Below, piece by piece: positions 1 through 13,605 of a stretch of DNA of 64,000 bases. The position numbers and the translations under genes were made by a program. The first letter of the stretch is position 1; every line of letters starts with the position of its first letter. Below the pieces are notes generated by a model that was not told the origin of the DNA, made no database searches, and saw only the letters and a list, made by a program, of their open reading frames with translations. The DNA is from Felis catus (taxonomy: Eukaryota), in assembly GCF_018350175.1 (NCBI RefSeq), contig NC_058368.1, positions 141,920,001 to 141,984,000 of the forward strand, in the 5' to 3' direction.

Positions 1-1458
1 AGACAAAAAAATCAAACACTACCTACATACTTATCCCTAAAGGTATGTAGTTAATTATAAAAGATAAAATGCAAGAAAACGTGCAATGGGTTACAGAGGA
101 AAGAAATCTTTGTAATGATAATATATTTAAAGAGCCCTGCCTCATTATATAGAAATCTAGCAGGTTCTTCATATAAATTGATAAGAAAAAATAATTTTTT
201 TTAGTTCTTAGTTTTGTCCTAACTTGGTCCACAAGCTTTGTCATTGGGCTCACATTGTTGAAATCATTAAAATGAATATACCTCTGGTGTTGGAGGCAAA
301 TCTATTTAGAGTGATGTTACTCATAGTCCTGTGCTCAGTAATATTGATCTCTGTTGTTTGTCTAATAGAAAAATAATAAACAATTACTAGGCAATGTTGG
401 GAAAAGTAATCAGTTTTTATATATCACTAATATAGCAGACCTCCCAAAACATAAAGGTGATGATCTGCATAAAATCAATGTGTTATGCTACATTGCTTAT
501 ATTCATCATTGCAGGTTTTCAGCAATAAATGGTACAATATTAGGCCTGAATTACTGGTAAACTGAAAAGGCATATGGAAAAGAAGAGTTCACTATACTTA
601 ACCTATAAATTTATTTTAAAATGTCTATTTCCTAAACTTGCTGATTTTTACTGTAGCAAACAAATTCTGTTGTAAACTAGCTAAGATTTAGACAAATAAA
701 ATGTTTCAATTCTTTTTAGAATAAAATCAAAGCAACTTCAAATCAAAATAACAAATCATATCCTCGATCAGAAAAATGTAGGAGTTCAAAGGTAATTCTG
801 AAAGATGGATGAATACAGCTTTGTATTAATTTGCTAATAATTCCTAGACTTTATCAGAAATTTATAAAACATTATATGAAACAATAACTATAATGAAACC
901 CAAACCTAGAAAAGCTCTTTTGAATAGTATTCACCCATGAAACCTTTGCCAACTGTATAAATGTTCTTCAAGTTTTAACAAAGGCAGTTTATAAATTAAA
1001 GTAAAAAGGGAAAAATGTATGGGTGTTAGGTACTGACAGAATCAATAACTGTTCACTTATGAGGCTCAAGATAATATAAAAGATATTTCAAAACATATCT
1101 TTTCTGGCCTATTCACTATTATTAAGGTTTTTAATTTCTCCTGAATTTTCCTCATGAATTTTCTAAAACTGTAGAGTTAAGTAAAAAAACATTTAGCAGT
1201 AGCTTCTTACTTTAACCAACAAACTGTGAATTTCAATCATATATGGCAGACTGTAATGGCTAAGCTGGGTAACAATACTAAAAATACATATGCGGTAAAC
1301 AATGTGTACAACTATTCTATGGCAGTCTAAACATTGCCAAAGAAAGACATGTTTGTTTAAATGGTTTCTCTCTCAAAGAAAAAAGCTGCTGAAAGCCTGC
1401 TTTTTGATGTGCTATCCTTTACAAGTAATATAAAATATAGGAGAACAATTGAACTTAC

Positions 1459-1543
1459 CACAACTGGAAACTGGCAGTCTGAGTAGAATCACAAAAGTCA
1501 ATACCCATTGAAACGGTAATGGATCCCTCAGGCTCAAGAGATT
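1459..1543 (-). CDS. AP3B1: AP-3 beta-3A coding exon (85 nt; probably exon 24), ear domain
   Basis: Translates (E)SLEPEGSITVSMGIDFCDSTQTASFQL(C); acceptor tttcctAG at 1544-1545; donor GTG|GTAAGT; the gene continues beyond the left edge. Confidence 0.97.
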
Positions 1544-1916
1544 CTAGGAAATAAGATAATTTAGACATGAAACCATGGAGGATGTGAAAAGGAGGCAGAC
1601 AAATCCCTGAAAACTTATATCGTGTTTGTAGTTTGGTTAAAACAGTCAAATTTAATGATGGCTTATAAGAACAACTTCAAACTAAGAATATTAAAGCAAA
1701 TTACAATTTCATGATTTTGCTCAAAGGCTTTCTTTTCACAACTCAAGTCTGCACATACTTCAAAGAACACATTCTGTTTCAGAAATATACCTCATCCTGA
1801 GAAATTTCATGTTTTACAGTATTGTCCTTATCGTTATTGAAAGTGAGAAAGAAATGTATTCCTGTTTGGAACAGCTGTAAAGGACTCACTTGGTGCTTTT
1901 AAGAGATTATGTACTT

Positions 1917-1974
1917 AAAATTATGGAGTATTTACTCTAGATAAAAAAAAATTATGGAGTATTTACTCTAGATA
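1917..1974. repeat. 27-bp direct duplication separated by AAAA
   Basis: aaaattatggagtatttactctagata at 1917-1943 and 1948-1974. Confidence 0.9.
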
Positions 1975-3000
1975 TAGTAAATTTAAAAATTTCCCAAATT
2001 CCAACTGGAAATAAAAATCCAAAATTTAAAAATGCAAATTAAAGCAGAGCTGAAAAAAGAAATTAATTTGTATTCAGAAATTAACCAAGACAACTGGCAT
2101 TATAGGAACCCAAATAAGTCTAAGTGCATGATTCAAAGACTTATTGGAAGAATATTTAGTAGTGGATTAGGTTATCATGAAAAAACAAGTAAAAGGGTTT
2201 GGAATTTCTGAAGATTCACTTTTCGATTAACCAAGAATGGGAAATAGCTGTATCAATAGACAATACTGGTACTTTTCAAATGGCAATGCTGAAACTTAAG
2301 ACAAACAACATTTTATTCTGCTATGACTCTAAAGTTTGGCTACACATGAGACTAGTGAAGGATCTGAAATATATACCTATTTAGTACAAATATTTATATA
2401 TATGTTATGTATTTAAATTGAAACCATCCACTTCTAATCTCCACTTTGCTCAAAGTGTTCAGTATAACTGCAGTCATACTGTACAGAAGCTTTCTATTTA
2501 CCTTTATTCTGTGTATATCTTATTAGATATAGTTTTATTTCAGCAAGGGCACTCTAATCCAGTAGACTATGACTATCGAAGGGCTTATCGATAAATATGG
2601 TTTGCCATTTAATGCTAACCATGACAGAAATGATGGAACAGACAGGACAAAGAAGAATTCAATAAGGTTAATATATTAAGAAGTATACTTATGTTTCATA
2701 GGTTCAATGAAGATCAGGCTTTATAAGGAAGGTACTTGTTTGATGTTGATTTTAAAATGTTACGAGTTTGCTGGTGGTATATGTATGTTGGTTTGCTGAT
2801 TCTGATTTGAATTTCATTTGTTTATAAACCTAAAATTTATCAGGATGCTACACAAGTACCAGAAAACTTGTTGCCTAAATCTTTAGCAAACAGGCTTTAT
2901 TGTAGAGCAAATAACTGTAATGGTACTTTTCTTGCATTTCTCCTAAAGCTACACCTTATCAGTTCACAGCTCTGTTAGTTACACTGATTAGTCATATTTT

Positions 3001-3216
3001 TAAATTTCTTTTTAATGTTTTTACTTATTTTTGAGACAGAGAGACAGAGCATGAGCAGGGGAGGGGCAGAGAGAGAGGGAGACACAAAATCGGAAGCAGC
3101 CTCCAGGCTCCGAGCTCTCAGCACAAAGCCTGATGTGGGGCTCGAACTCACGGACTGTGAGATCATGACCTGAGCTGAGGTTGGACGTTCAACCGACTGA
3201 GCCACCCAGTTGCCCC
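3001..3216 (-). mobile_element. CanSINE (felid SINEC)
   Basis: tRNA-derived head, (CT)n body and A-rich tail on the - strand; TSD tgatta(g/c)tcatatttt. Confidence 0.93.
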
Positions 3217-3864
3217 TGATTACTCATATTTTTTATGATGAGTAAATCCTTAATGCTTTCTTCCCCATAGATACACTGGGGTTTGGTCTTTTTGCAGCTG
3301 ATACATTGGTAGCAAATGCTGTCATCTCCAAAACATGATGGTTTCATGATTTAAATCTCTTTATATCATGTATCCTTGTATTTCATTTGACAAAGTGACA
3401 GTTCTCAAGATGCCTTGTTGATAGCCCTTTGACACAGTTTGGTACCGTCTTCATTCTTAAGATAATTAACTGTGAGCTTAGCCCCACACTAATTCTGGAG
3501 GACAGCTCATGATCAATGGCATGTTTTATTATATGAATGCTTCAAGAGCAAAGTAATCAGCATAAAATTATTCATATAATGGATTTATATTATTTGAAGC
3601 CTACTACACTGGGAAAGTTTACTCAATTAGGCATCTGTATTTGGATATAGCTTCTGAATCAGTGCTATATACACAAAAGGGTTATACAGAAATGGCTGAA
3701 AAACATGGGCTTTATTATACCATGCTATTAATAATGAAAAAAGAAATTACACAGGCTGCCAGAGACTTTGATGTGACACTTGTACAATAACTAGTAAAAT
3801 ATTAGCTGAACTCAAACTTGTCAATTGTTAACATAAAGCCAGTGAATATAGTGCTTACAGCTTA

Positions 3865-3866
<2 letters not shown>

Positions 3867-3930
<64 letters not shown>
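3867..3930. repeat. (GT)32 microsatellite
   Basis: Perfect GT run. Confidence 0.97.
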
Positions 3931-3933
<3 letters not shown>

Positions 3934-4368
3934 AAATCTCTTAGGTACTTGGTCTCTTTGGGAAAAATGGCATGGCACATTACTCCTAATAGTCTTGTAG
4001 AGCATACAGTTTCATGCTAAAGGTAGGGCAAAATCCAGACAAAAGTCACTGTATATTATAGACAAAAAGAAAACAGATTGGTGATAAATAAGAAAGCTGC
4101 TGGACTCCTTAACATATGCATATGTGCTTATTAAATAAGTATTTCACTTTCCTCATTTCACAAAAAGATTAAAATACAGTATTTTTTCTTTGTTGCATTA
4201 AGATGTTTTTGGAGGACTAATTAAGATATAACATACTCTGTAACTCTACTGTAATCTATTAATAAGAGACTAGGTGGTGTTACTGCACAGGAAAGAACTC
4301 TGTTTCTTGAGGGTTTCAATAAAATGCCAACAAAATGAATAGAACACTATGGTCATAAAAATCTGCCT

Positions 4369-4494
4369 AAGAAAAGAAAAGAAAAGAAAAGAGAAAAAAG
4401 AAAAGAAAAGAAAAGAGAAAAAAGAAAAGAAAAGAAAAGAAGAGAAGAGAAGAGAAGAGAAGAGAAGAGAAGAGAAGAGAAGAGAAGAGAAAAG
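4369..4494. repeat. Compound (GAAAA)n-(GAGAA)n pentanucleotide microsatellite
   Basis: About 125-nt pure purine tract that switches unit midway. Confidence 0.95.
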
Positions 4495-5649
4495 CAAAGC
4501 CTATGGCTAGTACCGAGGCAATGGTATACATTCATATTTTATTTCTGTGTTAAGGCCATACTATGAAATTTATTATATTTATTTCTTCTATTCTACATAG
4601 GCCAATAAAAGGTCAACTCATCAACTCATTATGCCAACTCAAAGAAATGTTAATACTGTTCTACTGTTCTAACCTTTGAATAACATTTTCAACCTTCAGA
4701 CAATTCATTTATCAGCTGCTTGACATTTCTTACAACTAAACTAATTTTTTAACTAGGTAAAAAATGTTGGATTTTAAGCAATAAAAAAAGAACACAAACT
4801 GGGATATTTTAGAACTCCTTGGCAATGTAATGACTTCACAAAGTAATTAAATAAAAATCAGGATACTCTGTATTTATTAAATTGTGCCTTAATCACCAAA
4901 TTATTTTCATAAGTGTATTAAATGGGTTATGAAATCAAGTCACTTTAACTCTACTTTGGTTGCTTATAAACATCTACCATATGTCATCTGTTAGGAATTG
5001 TTTTATTCCTTTGTGTAAAAATATAACACAATATATGACTTCCTTTGCTGAATGACTCATGAAAACTTACAGGAGAGAATTCAACAGTGTCAAAAAGCTC
5101 AGGTGAAGATGAAGAAAAACAGAATAGTTACGTGAAATAATGAGTAAAAGAAGGTACAGTTCCCTGCTTAAAAGGCTTAAAAGGCTAAATTATTACAAAA
5201 AGGAACTATCTGGAACTGGATAGTATTTCAAGGATTCAATGACAGAAACCTTCTATCAGTTTTAATTGATATTATTGCCTGAAGTTTCTCCCAATGAAAC
5301 TCTAGGACTGTTTCCACTTAAACCAAACAGAAAAAATAGAGGTAAACATTAATTATAATCTTTAAACTCAAAATAACACACAATTGTTACACTTAATTTT
5401 TTTTAAAGTATTATTTCTGGCAAAATACTTAAAAAATGGAAGAAGATGACAGTTGGTGAGACAGTGTGATACAATGAGCACGGAGGTCAGGTGGAAAGCA
5501 CAGGCTGCATCTAAGGGCAGCCTCCTCTACACCAACTGGTGCTGCTGTATGTTGGAATAAAGGCACAATACTGCCAGATCTTGTGCTTTTTTCTAAGAAA
5601 AGTGAGGTTTTTGGGTTTGTTTTTTAATTTAAAAACATCTTGATTTCTA

Positions 5650-5692
5650 TTTTTTAAAATTCTTTTCTTTTTAAAGAGTTTCTTCTTCTTCT

Positions 5693-5723
<31 letters not shown>

Positions 5724-5894
5724 TTTGTTTGTTTGTTTGTTTGTTTATGAGAGAGACGGAGGGAGACCGGGAGAGAGTGCAGAGTCTGAAGCATGGTTTG
5801 CGTGAACCTGAAGCAGGGCTTGAACTCATGAACTATGAGATCATGACCTCAGCCAAAGTCGGATGCTTAACTGATTGCATCAGCCAGGCACCTC
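5650..5894 (-). mobile_element. Older CanSINE with an expanded (TTTA)/(TTTG) tail
   Basis: TSD aaaacatcttgatttcta at 5632-5649 and 5895-5912; diverged head. Confidence 0.85.
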
Positions 5895-5984
5895 AAAACA
5901 TCTTGATTTCTAAATGGTAGCAAAAGATTAAAAATATTTTAAAACATGAGGTGTATAAATACTAGTTATATACTATCGACTATT

Positions 5985-6040
5985 TTAAGTTAATTTATTT
6001 ATTTTGAGATTGACAGAGTGTGTACGCTCAATGGATAGGC

Positions 6041-6073
<33 letters not shown>

Positions 6074-6201
6074 ATCCCAAGCAGGCTCTGTGCTGTCAGC
6101 ACAGACCCTGAGACAGGGCTTAATCTCACAAACCGTGAGATCATGACCTGAGCTGAAATGAAGAGTTGGACGCTTAACCGACTGAGCCACCCTGGTGCCC
6201 C
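5985..6201 (-). mobile_element. CanSINE
   Basis: Head ggggcaccagggtggctcagtcggttaagcg on the - strand; degenerate TSD tactat..ctatttta. Confidence 0.9.
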
Positions 6202-6664
6202 TACTATGGGCTACTTTACACTGTATACCTGGAAAGGAAGACAAACAGAATAGTATAAATCCTCTCAGCCTTTGCTCTCCTCACTTTGCAAATTATGGAA
6301 TGTAAAAGGCAACAGGGAAGGGGAGCTATGAGTCAAAAAGGCAGACTAAACTCAGGCAGGGAATGAAGTTGGCCAGGAAGAGAAACAGAGGGAAGGTGAT
6401 GAAGAGAGGTAAAATGAGAGGCAATTTTGATTCTTGAGATCCATCAGTACTGGTACATACATGTTACCACTGCTGGCACCCAATTCACTAAGGGCAAAGA
6501 AGTGTATTCGTTTTGTATGATAAATTCAGTTTAAAAAAGGACACAAACGTAAACTGACTATACTGACAAATATAGTCAATAAAATAATATGTATTCTACT
6601 TTACTTTTAAAATAAATGTATTTAATTATCAAATATAAAGTTTTAAATGAGAATTAATATTTAC

Positions 6665-6896
6665 CTATTGTATTAAAAACATGCATTTGCATGCCTACAG
6701 GAAGTCTTTTCCCACCTATGTGGATATTTTCTATCTTTCGATCAGTAGTATTATTCAATGTTATTTGTACAGAGACCATCTTATCACCAAAAATACAAGG
6801 TTGCCTTGGAAAGAAATAATGGGCAGCTAGTCCTTTTCCACTCATTCGATGAAGCAGCACATGAGTTTTCACTGGTACAAAGACAGGAGTACTGAC
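6665..6896 (-). CDS. AP3B1: AP-3 beta-3A coding exon (232 nt; probably exon 23), start of the ear/appendage domain
   Basis: Translates VSTPVFVPVKTHVLLHRMSGKGLAAHYFFPRQPCIFGDKMVSVQITLNNTTDRKIENIHIGGKRLPVGMQMHVFNTI; acceptor caatAG at 6897-6898; donor TAG|GTAAAT. Confidence 0.97.
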
Positions 6897-7151
6897 CTAT
6901 TGCACATTGGAAAAACAAAGAAAGATGAATTAGTAAATATAGTTATTCTCTTTGAAAATTGTAGGATATTAACTCCTATTTTCCCTTAAGTATTACATAA
7001 ACCACAATAACAAATATCATACTCACAGATATTAAATCAGAAATTATATAAAAACGTAAAGAAAATGCCTCCAAAACAGCATTAAAATTTTTCTATACTC
7101 AACATATATTAAAATATTTTCACAATATATACCTAATAAGAAGAGAATAAG

Positions 7152-7296
7152 TATACGGGCATGGGGCATTAAAGACACGTGTTGAGATGAGCACTGGGTG
7201 TTATGTGTAGGGGATGAATCACTGGATTCTACTCCTGAAATCATTACTGCACTATATGCTAATGTGGATGTAAATTAAAAAAAATGAATTAAAAAA
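7152..7296 (+). mobile_element. 5'-truncated carnivore L1 3' end (~145 bp)
   Basis: gatgagcactgggtgttat...gatgaatcactggattctactcctgaaa plus an A tail; TSD aagaagagaataag at 7138-7151 and 7297-7310. Confidence 0.88.
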
Positions 7297-7647
7297 AAGA
7301 AGAGAATAAGCTGTCATATATACAATTTTTTTTAGAATTTATAAACTTTTTTGTCAGTTTTTTTCCTAGGTAAACTATATTTGGGCATCTTGCTTATTTT
7401 CTTTAGTTTTAATAATTTGTCAGTTGATTTTCTGTTTTTGAAGATGGTATCACCTACCAAAAATTTCCAATCTCAACTCCTTGAACTTTTTTTCACCTTG
7501 CATTTCTTTCACTATAAAATGAAGACTGTAACCTCATTCAAGGTGGTTTATTCCTTTGGTTTAATAATTAAAAAGATCTTCCCTACTCTGAGCTCAGATA
7601 ACTATACACTTACAGTTTCTTCTAGACCTTTCATGGTTGCAATTTTT

Positions 7648-7856
7648 TTTTTTCCAACGTTTATTTATTTTTGGGACAGAGAGAGACAGAGCATGAATGG
7701 GGGAGGGGCAGAGAGAGAGGGAGACACAGAATCAGAACAAGCTCCAGGCTCTGAGCCATCAGCCCAGAGCCTGACGCGGGGCTTGAACTCACGGACCGCG
7801 AGATCGTGACCTGGCTGAAGTCGGACGCTTAACGGACTGCGCCACCCAGGCGCCCC
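7648..7856 (-). mobile_element. Young SINEC_Fc-type CanSINE
   Basis: CpG-rich, near-consensus; perfect TSD tcatggttgcaattttt. Confidence 0.95.
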
Positions 7857-8866
7857 TCATGGTTGCAATTTTTAATTCGTGTGATACTGTTTTAAATGTA
7901 TTGACCTCTAAATTTAATTTTTTTGGTCCAAATACTGAACCAATTGTCTGTACATGATTTAATGATTACCTTTTCCTCAGTGACCTGTAAATGCAAATGT
8001 TCTGATTATTTACATATTTGGAGACATTTTTGGCTCTGATCGAGCTGTTAAACCAGTACCACATTGTTTTATTTCTTACAGTCCTACATTATGATTCAAT
8101 TACTTGGCAAAACAAAGTGTCCTTTATCACTCCCTCCCCCCCCCCCCCCACAGTATTTTCTTGGCTAATTATCTGTTTATATCCTTCCGTTGAATTTTAG
8201 CCTCTTTTAGTTAAATTCTCCCTACAATCCTGAGTGAAATCAGAGGAGCATATTAAATGAATAAACACAGTCCTTTCTAAAATCATGTGATGGCTATCTT
8301 TCCATTCAAAGTCAAAGTATTGCATGTGGCTTGACCTGACATGGGCTAGCTTTTTAAAAAAATCAATTTGTAATTAAACAGGCCTAATCAAGATTTTTTC
8401 CTAACAAGTGCACTCTCCCAACCTAGGCTTTCTATTATAATTGTGAGTACATATTAACCTATTCAATATGTTCATTATGCCACTGATACCTGACGAAATT
8501 AAAACTTAATAATAATATTAGTAATTTAAGATTAATCAACAAAAATCCAAGAGTTAAATATCATATATACAAAATGATGGGCAGTGTCTTCTAAGCCTCA
8601 TTAGAATATAGTACTCCTTGTCCAAAAGCTCAATTTGTAAGAGTGAGCAATTTAAAATAATCATCTTAAAAATGCACAAAAGAGTTTATTTATAAAATAC
8701 AACAAATAATTGAGGGGATTTAAAATTTTGGCTATATAAAATAATGGGGCAACTGGCCTATGCATTCTACTTTGGCCTTTTGATGATGATAGCAATCTAG
8801 CATTTTAAGTTTTCAAAACACTTCTTCTAAGCTGAGGTTCTTTTCCACATAAAAAGATTATTTTTA

Positions 8867-9068
8867 GGGGCACCTGCGTGGCTCAGTCAAGCATCCAACT
8901 CCAGCTCAGGTCATGATCTCGCAGTTACTGAGCAAGAGCCCCGCATCGGGCTCTGTGCTGTCAGCGCAGAGCCCACTTATATCGTCTGTCTCCCCCCCCC
9001 ATCTTTCTGGCCCCCCCCTCTGGTTCTCTCCTCTCTCTCTCAAAATAAATAAATACACTTAAAAAAAA
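8867..9068 (+). mobile_element. CanSINE whose tail and flank are tandemly duplicated
   Basis: Head ggggcacctgcgtggctcagtc; tail repeated at 9082-9139. Confidence 0.9.
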
Positions 9069-10615
9069 TCATTTTCAAAACTCTCTCCTCTCTCTCTCTC
9101 AAAATAAATAAATACACTTAAAAAAATAATTTTCAAAACTCTTCTGTTTCAATGCTCACTCTAAGTTCTATTTTCTTCACAAATTCTAGAGAGTTTATCA
9201 GCATAACCCAAGACAGCAATCCCTAGCAGGGAACATTCATTTACAGATATAATGAACATCATAAAAATAAGCAAAAAGATAAAGAAATTGTGTGTGTATG
9301 CTTGCACTAGTGTGTATATATATATATCTCATGTATATATATGTATATATATATATCTATTTATAAATTTATAATCTGCAACAATCTTAAATTCCCATGT
9401 CATTGAGGCTACAATAATCAACCTTAAACACAAGCCTTTTCCTGGATAATTATAGTTTTCAGTATCTCATGTTTATTCCATCAATTACATAACGTCATAC
9501 TGGAAACAGTAATTCTTATTTTATTTTCTTCATTGTTGCAGAGACACAAGTCTCATTAAATCATTAAATACATGTTGATGCAGTCAGTTTTTCATCTATG
9601 AAAATTCATTAAAGCTTGAGCAACACATAATATGGCAAAACAAAGTTGAAAGTTGGAGAGAGGCAAGCGTGGAGCAGTAGGAGAAAAGCAGAACGGAAGC
9701 AGGAGTTTGGTTTACACACAGCTAGGAATCTGCACTTAAACATAATATAAGGTGCTCAGAAATATAAGGAGCTTTATACCCTAAGTCACATAAGATTATC
9801 AACATGTCTTGGCTGGTTTATTGATTCTCTCTCAGTCTTACCCTGGGAAACACGATACAAATATTTTTTTTTCCTACCCTGTCTCAAAATTGTGCACCTT
9901 TATTATAGTCATTAAAAAGATGTTAATGGATGTGCAAAGAAATAAATACATACTTTTCTCCACTCGTTCTATCCACACTCAAATCAAGTTTAAGAAGCAC
10001 TAATAAATTCAACATCTAAAAAAGGTCCTCTGTGACAATTCTCAAAGGTTATCTGTGAGAATACACAGAGGTCTATGTTCTCTTCCCAATATAAGCAGCC
10101 TCATAAATGGCACTTTGTGGTAATAATACGTACTTTTTAACTACAGACAAGGGCTAACTGGAAGTTTCATTTTTTTTCTTTTTAACGAATTTTCTAAGTT
10201 CATACAGATCATATAAAGTCTATTTCTCTCCACTATCTAGATGAATTACATAGGTGATTTTTTGTTGAGTAAAACCAGTAGGTTCCATAAATCCTTCAAG
10301 AATTTCCATATGCAATACAATTAATCCTGATGGGAAAATAAGATTTTAGTTCAATATTTTGTATATCAGATATCTATATTCCAGAAACATATATGATCTG
10401 TGGCTGCTTCTATTCTAAGATGCTAAACACTGAGAATGGCTTTTCTGATTTCATATTTTATAAATATCAATAATCTTACTAAACATACAAAATAAAAGAT
10501 AAAAGATAATAAATTAATTACAGAAAGACCTAGATCTGGGCTGTGAAAACGAGGGCTTACGTTTAAGAAAACAGGCAGATACTTAAGGAGTATGAATAAA
10601 ACAGATCATCTTGGG

Positions 10616-10825
10616 TAAGGGTTGGCACATTGTAGCCCACAAGTCACATGTGGCCTACTTCCTGTTTTATCAAGTCTGTATGGAACACAGCCATACTCAT
10701 TCATTTACATATTGTCGATGGCTGCTTTTTTGCTCTGCAATGGTAGAGCTGAATACTTACATATTTACTATTTACATACATATTTACTATCTGCACCCTT
10801 TACAGGAAAAGTTTGCTGGCCCAGG
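10616..10825 (+). mobile_element. MER58A-like hAT-Charlie MITE
   Basis: tggaacacagccatactcattcatttacatattgtcgatggctgc...atatttactatctgcaccctttacaggaaaagtttgc. Confidence 0.8.
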
Positions 10826-10873
10826 ATCTAGGGGCACAGATGTTACATATTTCCCCCTCCCTTCCCCTTCTCT

Positions 10874-11312
10874 TGTTGGGAAATAATTCTCCATAGTCTC
10901 CCATGTTTGCGAACGTGTTCTGAGCAAAGGTGTTAATCTGGCTGTTCAAAATCTTTTCAAGGATGTTTGTATAGCAAACAGCCTTTGGAAACAGGAAAAT
11001 GCCTTACTCTGGAGCAAAGTTTGGACAGATTTGCTAACAGCTCTTTATATCTTCTGTAAAGGTTCCTCTCCTGTAAAGCAAAAGGCTGCATGTAGTGTCA
11101 TCACTTGGCCTTCATCATATCACCCTGTGGGAACTGGGGCTCAGAGAAGTGGCGCAAATGAGGTTACTCTGGCTACTACTATTGCTGTAATACACTGCCC
11201 CTTGTCTTTGACACAGGAGTCTCATGTCTTTTACCAGTATCCATAAAATTGTCTTAGCAACTTGTTTGCTTGCAAGTAGGGTAACATCTCATGTCCTTCA
11301 CAGTTCTTGATA
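10874..11312 (+). mobile_element. Solo ERVL LTR, LTR40-like
   Basis: Starts tgttgggaaataattctccat; contains cttttcaaggatgtttgtatagcaaacagcc; ends cacagttcttgata. Confidence 0.75.
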
Positions 11313-11770
11313 CCCATTTTGTTTTGATCACTCAACATTTCCCAGATTCACTTAACTCCAAATAGCTAAATTCATTTTTACTACAACTATCATAAAGAGA
11401 TGTGTAGTGGCAGCTGACTGAGGGGTAGACACAGGCTAAAAATCCAACTTACATTCAAGGGTGCCTTTTTGGAATATGGCAGAGTAGCACCATATGAGGT
11501 AGTGGCTTTGCTAACGAAAATACTACTTTACAAAGTAGAAACTACTTTTTTCTTCTGACTTTGATTTGTGAAAGTCCATGCTATGATTTGATTGTTTCTA
11601 TGAATTTCCTAGGTATCAAGATGTGTTCTGACAGCTGACAATGAGATGTCAAGTAAGTTCTATGACACTAAAGACTAAGAATAATTAAAATGTTTCAGGG
11701 TTGCTTTTATCTAGGTCATGACTAAAGTCGTGGTCCTTTGAGGGAGCTTTCTGCTTAGTGTTTTTACCCT

Positions 11771-12262
11771 GTAGGATTATGCATGGGATTGTCTGCTTAA
11801 CACACCCTACCATCTCCCAAGAGCCTTGCCACAATCAGTTCTTTAAGGAGCTCGCATGTTCTTATGCCACCTCGCGACCTGATCACAATTCATTGGTTCA
11901 GGAATAGACACCTGGCTCAATGCATTCCTTTCCCAAGATTTTTGGATTCAGGACCTGGTAAGTCAAACCTGTTTCTCTCAAGAGGTAAAATTTTGAGATT
12001 TAAAACTCTAATGTTTGTGGTCATATTTCCTGCCATACTGTTCAGCAAGAAATAAAGCAGTATCTAAGAAAAGCATAGTTGAGAGACAGAGTGTCCTGCT
12101 GGTATCTCTGGTCTTTATAGTTCTTGAATCTGACACATTCCAACCCTCGCTGAAGCTTGTTGTTTTGTGAAATACTCTAGCGTTCCTTCCTGTAACTTTT
12201 TTTTTTTTTTTTTTTTTTTTTTGCTTAAGCTAGTTCAAATTGGGTTTCTATCTTTTAACTTC
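11771..12262 (+). mobile_element. Old ERVL/MaLR LTR remnant (LTR16/LTR33/MLT1-like)
   Basis: attggttcaggaatagacacctgg and terminal gcttaagctagttcaaattgggtttct motifs. Confidence 0.55.
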
Positions 12263-12994
12263 CCAACCAACTACTGGTCAGGATTAGTCAGATTTCATGA
12301 CGCTATTCGAGGGAGCAGGGAATGTGCTCTCTTGCCCCTTTTCCTAAAGCCCTGGTTGATATGGAATGGAGAGATCAGAGACTCAGGTATGCCCTCTAAT
12401 AGCTTGAACCATACGAATCTACCAACTCTACAGGTCGAAACAGTTGAATCAGCAACTCATATAGTTCAATCTAAGAACTTGCTTTGGTTCAAGACTACTT
12501 AGTCCTATCTTCAACAGAAAAGAGGAGTCCTCGATGTGACCATACTAATTCACTGGAGCTCTACACTGAAGTTAGAGAGCAAAGCCCCTGCTAATAATAA
12601 GGTATCACGTTGCCTTTCTCTCTTCTCTGACTCTGGGCATCTTGGGGAGAAAGGTGGTCTTGTCCAAGAATTGAGTATTCCAAGGCCCCCTGCCCAATGA
12701 GATCATCACTATTTCAAATGCAAAGTAACCACTCATCATTAACTTACTCGCTCTTTCAACTGAATTTATCGAGTTGTGCCAACCACTATACTAAGGACTA
12801 TGATACAGAGACAAAGACAGAGTAAACCAGTCCCCAAGGAGTTTATTGTTTAGCTGGGGAAATCTAAGTAAATCAACAAATCATGTGATAAATGCCATGA
12901 CAGCAATAAGCTTAGTACACTAAGAAAATATAAAAGTCATAGCTGGCACCTGAGGGAAGGATTGGGGAGAAATCCATAATTACCTGAATGAACT

Positions 12995-13605
12995 ATGTAA
13001 AATCCGACCACTTCTCATTCCCTCTACTGTTACCATCCTGGTCTGATCTACCGCCATCTCACATCTGGATTATTCCAAAAACCTTCTAATTGGTCTCCCT
13101 GTTTCTACTCTTCTACCCTACGGAGCACAGACTGAAGACAACAGCCAGAACGAATCAGTTAAAGTTACAAATATGTCACCCCTCTGGTCAAAATCTTCCA
13201 ATGGCCCCCAATTTCACTGAACTTTAAAAACCAAAAATCCTTATAAAGGCCTTTAAGATCCCTTTTGGCTTGGTCCCATTGTTTCTTTGACCTGGTTTCC
13301 TATTACTGTTGAACCCATGACTCACTCCACTCAAGCCGTCCTGATTTCCTTGCTATTCCTTGCACACACCAGTAATGCTCCTACCATAGGCCCTTGCCAT
13401 TGGTTCCCTCTTTCCGGAATGCCCTTCCTCCAGATTCTCACAATGACTCAGTTGTGACTGATATTTGCTCAAATGTTACCTTCTTAATGAGGCTTAACCC
13501 ATTTGCATTTCTCCCATCTGATTCCCCTTTTTCTTTTTCCTCAGGTACTTAATACCTAACACTACATAATTTGCTTATTGTTATGTTTATTATCTGTCTC
13601 CCCAT
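12995..13605 (+). mobile_element. L2 LINE fragment
   Basis: aatccgaccacttctc...ccttctaattggtctccctg...caaatgttaccttctta...tatctgtctcccc, typical of the L2a 3' region. Confidence 0.75.

Noticed and set aside
4270..4535. Phe/Ser/Leu-rich ORFs resembling membrane peptides
   Set aside because: Translation of the pentanucleotide microsatellite
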